Part shown: positions 38,980 to 41,368 of the stretch, piece after piece
Layout of the letters: every line of letters starts with the position of its first letter
How positions within the stretch are numbered: the first letter of the stretch is position 1
DNA from: a virus
Taxonomy: Duplodnaviria; Caudoviricetes
Reading direction: 5' to 3' (one strand)
DNA: 41,368 bases
Virus record (IMG/VR): IMGVR_UViG_3300031519_000062
Coordinates: 1 to 41,368 of that record
Program-made: the position numbers and the translations under genes
The notes under the pieces: model-generated
The model's database searches: none
What the model was told of the DNA's origin: nothing
Seen by the model: only the letters and a program-made list of their open reading frames with translations

Positions 38980-39007
38980 ATTATAGCATCTTTAGCATAT
39001 ATGTCAA
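38980..39007 (-). promoter_or_regulatory. sigma70-type early promoter for the vWA gene
   Basis: TTGACA, 16-nt spacer, TATAAT with a TGn extension. Confidence 0.8.
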
Positions 39008-39017
39008 CCACAAAGAC

Positions 39018-39043
39018 AGAACGAGCTCCGAAGAACTCGTTCT
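39018..39043 (-). terminator. C(UUCG)G-capped hairpin after the MoxR gene (terminator or RNA-stability element)
   Basis: AGAACGAGTTC-TTCG-GAGCTCGTTCT: 11-bp stem with one G-U pair, 8 nt after the stop codon. The U-tail is weak. Confidence 0.7.
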
Positions 39044-39051
39044 TGTTACTA

Positions 39052-40140
39052 TTAAGACTGCTGTGCAGCCTTAATGTACTTACCAAATCTTTCGTGGAAT
39101 TCATCAAAACATTCTACTTCATCTGGGTCAATTGGTAAAGCATATTGTGTAAGTGCAACTTTAACACCCATTACAACTAGCTCAGTTTCAAAGTTATCCA
39201 TTGCAAAGCGCAGGAAGTTATTAACTTTGTCATCAAACATCTTATCGTTTGCGTCTGCCGCTTCTTTAAGTTCATAACATAGCGACACAGTTAGCGAGTA
39301 CATAGCACTAATTTCTTTAGTCTTTAACTCTTTAACAGTGCCTTTAAGGATATCACTTGGATTAGGCATTGTTGATGCTACCTTGCGGTGAGCCATAAAC
39401 TTAACAGCAAGCCCTTCGCCTACTGCACCACTAACTAAATTAGTAGTAGTTTCAGCATCTAAATCATCCTCTAGTAGCTCGCTTACAAACGACCAACTAC
39501 GTGGTGTAGCAAATGAACGCGATGGACTTTTAGGATCAAAGTCGTACAAGTCTTTCTTACTAAACTGTAAGAAACCAACAACATCGTTGTGTATCTTATG
39601 TTCGATAGCCCACTCAAACCAGTCATTAAATGATACTGCAAGTTCTAAGTGGATAAAGCGGTTAGCTAACGGAGCAGGCATTCTGTATGTAACGCCTTTG
39701 TCAGCATCTCGGTTACCAGCCGCAACAATCATTACATTGTCTGGTAGCTTATAAGTGCCAACCTTACGATTCAAAATCAACTGGTATGCTGCCGCTTGTA
39801 CGCTTGGCGCTGCCGAGTTCATTTCGTCTAGGAAAAGTACAATGTAGTCGTATTGTGCCGCAAACTCTTCTGTAGGAAGTTCGCTAGGAGCACCCCAAAC
39901 CATTGTGCCTGTGTTGCTGTCAAAGTATGGAATACCTTTAATGTCTGTAGGTTCCCAAAGAGACAGTCGAATGTCAATTAAGTGTGAATTTGAAAAGCTA
40001 TCAGTAATTTGTTCAACAACTTCTGACTTACCAATACCCGGTGGCCCCCATAGGAAGATTGGACGCTTCTTTTTCATAGCGTGTTTGATTGATTTCTTTG
40101 CGCCGTTTGGGCTAACTGTGCGTAGTGCTACGTTTTCCAT
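39052..40140 (-). CDS. MoxR-like AAA+ ATPase
   Basis: Walker A GPPGIGKS, Walker B LFLDE, sensor AAGN, Arg finger LANRF, and TPRSW. Adjacent to a vWA partner. Confidence 0.92.
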   Translation of the reverse strand: MENVALRTVSPNGAKKSIKHAMKKKRPIFLWGPPGIGKSEVVEQITDSFSNSHLIDIRLSLWEPTDIKGIPYFDSNTGTMVWGAPSELPTEEFAAQYDYIVLFLDEMNSAAPSVQAAAYQLILNRKVGTYKLPDNVMIVAAGNRDADKGVTYRMPAPLANRFIHLELAVSFNDWFEWAIEHKIHNDVVGFLQFSKKDLYDFDPKSPSRSFATPRSWSFVSELLEDDLDAETTTNLVSGAVGEGLAVKFMAHRKVASTMPNPSDILKGTVKELKTKEISAMYSLTVSLCYELKEAADANDKMFDDKVNNFLRFAMDNFETELVVMGVKVALTQYALPIDPDEVECFDEFHERFGKYIKAAQQS

Positions 40141-40186
40141 AATGTATTCCCTCTTTGCTTTAGTGCATTATTTAAACTATACATAT

Positions 40187-40214
40187 AGTATAGCATCAAT
40201 ACAGTAAATGTCAA
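40187..40214 (-). promoter_or_regulatory. sigma70-type early promoter for the MoxR gene
   Basis: TTGACA, 16-nt spacer, TATACT with a TGn extension. Shares GATGCTATA(A/C)TATATGTATA with the promoter at 38980-39007. Confidence 0.78.
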
Positions 40215-40229
40215 GACTTTTTTACAGAA

Positions 40230-40607
40230 TTATTCGTTATTTTGCCGTTTTAATGCCTTTGTGAGCCCGTATTTTCGCAAATCACCACTAAACAAATGTA
40301 ATTCCATTGCTTTCTTTTCGCTAGTAACGTGTATTGCTCTATTTGTAAGGTAATACGGACAATCAATAAACTTGTCTAAAAATATAATAACTTGGGTAGT
40401 CATTGGCATATCTTTTGGATATGGAACTTCGTATGAAGTAAGGTCGATTTCTGTTAATACGTCAAACCCAAGATCAGTTAGTCGAAGTCCGCCTTGGGTT
40501 CTAGTATTCTTCCACCATAAAGGTGAATATTCCTTAACTGTAATATCGTTTGAAGTTTTACCTAATTGATTGAGAAAGATCTTAGTATAGGTTTCTTTCC
40601 AGTTCAT
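40230..40607 (-). CDS. Hypothetical protein, possible winged-helix element
   Basis: 125 aa; ATGA-coupled to the upstream gene; GGLRLTDLG resembles a wHTH wing LTxxG motif (weak evidence). Confidence 0.7.
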   Translation of the reverse strand: MNWKETYTKIFLNQLGKTSNDITVKEYSPLWWKNTRTQGGLRLTDLGFDVLTEIDLTSYEVPYPKDMPMTTQVIIFLDKFIDCPYYLTNRAIHVTSEKKAMELHLFSGDLRKYGLTKALKRQNNE

Positions 40608-40894
40608 TCTTCTACAACTGCAATGCCATTGTCTAGCATATAAACTGAAAACTCGTCAGTATTAAACATTTCATTTAATTTTTTTGCTAGATTGTGTGCG
40701 TGACCCGGATTTGAAAATGATACCTTTTTATATTTTGGGCCCGGATAGTTAGTAATAGAATTACTACTTTTTAAGTTAAATGGCTTTCCATTATAGAAAA
40801 CGGCCCAAATAGCATCAGCATCTAAGACTTGTTCTGCCCTGTATGTTTTTTTATCTATATATTCTAATAATACAGTAGGTTTAGGTCTGCTCAT
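40604..40894 (-). CDS. Hypothetical phage protein
   Basis: 96 aa; AAGGAG SD; TAAATA upstream. Confidence 0.8.
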   Translation of the reverse strand: MSRPKPTVLLEYIDKKTYRAEQVLDADAIWAVFYNGKPFNLKSSNSITNYPGPKYKKVSFSNPGHAHNLAKKLNEMFNTDEFSVYMLDNGIAVVEE

Positions 40895-40955
40895 ATGCGT
40901 ATACTCCTTAAATTATATACGCATATATTTATCTCTTTTTTAAGTTATCTACGCA
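40893..40955 (-). promoter_or_regulatory. Regulatory leader: TAAATA late promoter, 11-bp inverted repeat and three TACGCA motifs
   Basis: ATATGCGTATA (40893-40903) pairs with TATACGCATAT (40916-40926); TAAATA at 40931-40926; third TACGCA at 40950-40955. Confidence 0.65.
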
Positions 40956-40957
40956 GT

Positions 40958-41197
40958 TTACTTCCAGTCTGTTCCGCCGTCTAACTGTACTTCAATAACT
41001 TCTGATCCGCCCGAGTTCTCTTTAACGTATCTTTCAAGATCGCCTTCAAGTCTAGCCATTGTAACACCTAGTGTATATGCTAAATTTTTAGCTTGTTGTA
41101 AAGTAAGTTTTACTTCTCTAGAGTTACTTGCGTCAGCATTTTTAACTTGCATAATAAATTGCTGTATACTAGATGTGTTTAAGGGTTCATTTTGCAT
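40958..41197 (-). CDS. Hypothetical phage protein (start could be 41203)
   Basis: MQNEPLNTS..., about 79-81 aa, overlapping the stop of the upstream gene. Confidence 0.7.
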   Translation of the reverse strand: MQNEPLNTSSIQQFIMQVKNADASNSREVKLTLQQAKNLAYTLGVTMARLEGDLERYVKENSGGSEVIEVQLDGGTDWK

Positions 41198-41368
41198 TAG
41201 CATTGCTCAACGCCTGGCGCATTTCTAAATCAGATTTAAAAGGACCTTTTGTTTCATATCGTTCTACAGTAATTAGTTTGGGACAAAAACTCTTAACCCA
41301 GCCTTTATCGAACTTAATAATGTAGTAACCTGCGCAATATAGGCTTTTGCTTTTAGCACTTTTGGTAA
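41187..41368 (-). CDS. Hypothetical phage protein, C-terminal fragment (starts beyond window)
   Basis: Manual translation TKSAKSKSLYCAGYYIIKFDKGWVKSFCPKLITVERYETKGPFKSDLEMRQALSNANAK*; open to the window edge and not in the ORF track. Confidence 0.7.
   Translation of the reverse strand, partial: TKSAKSKSLYCAGYYIIKFDKGWVKSFCPKLITVERYETKGPFKSDLEMRQALSNANAK

Noticed and set aside
1-41368. CRISPR arrays, tRNA or rRNA genes, IS elements
   Set aside because: The longest intergenic gap is about 105 nt and is occupied by promoter and terminator signals; no spaced repeats, cloverleaf or transposase were seen.

Overview
AT-rich segment of a large T4-superfamily (jumbo-type) myovirus genome, read with the standard genetic code. 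From 206 to 34087 (+) is a baseplate/tail morphogenesis cluster: a tube initiator-like gene, gp53-like, gp27-like hub, a gp5-like spike with a C-terminal GH19 lysozyme, gp25, gp6, a 5286-aa giant wedge/adhesin-like protein, a fibre-attachment protein and three paralogous fibres. It converges at a bidirectional terminator (~34103-34131) with a minus-strand block (34154-41368): an Mtd-N/YadA-repeat fibre, small hypothetical genes, a DUF2201-type vWA metallopeptidase with its MoxR AAA+ partner, and more hypotheticals. A gp55-like late sigma factor gene, missed by the ORF track, starts at 127 (-) and runs off the left edge. The least explained signal is regulatory. A TACGYA-centred AT-rich dyad occurs 7 times in about 680 nt of intergenic DNA: once inside the back-to-back sigma70/late promoter pair between the gp55-like gene and the tail operon, and three times upstream of a small two-gene operon that may encode the regulator. 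All protein calls come from motif recognition by eye; no database searches were run.
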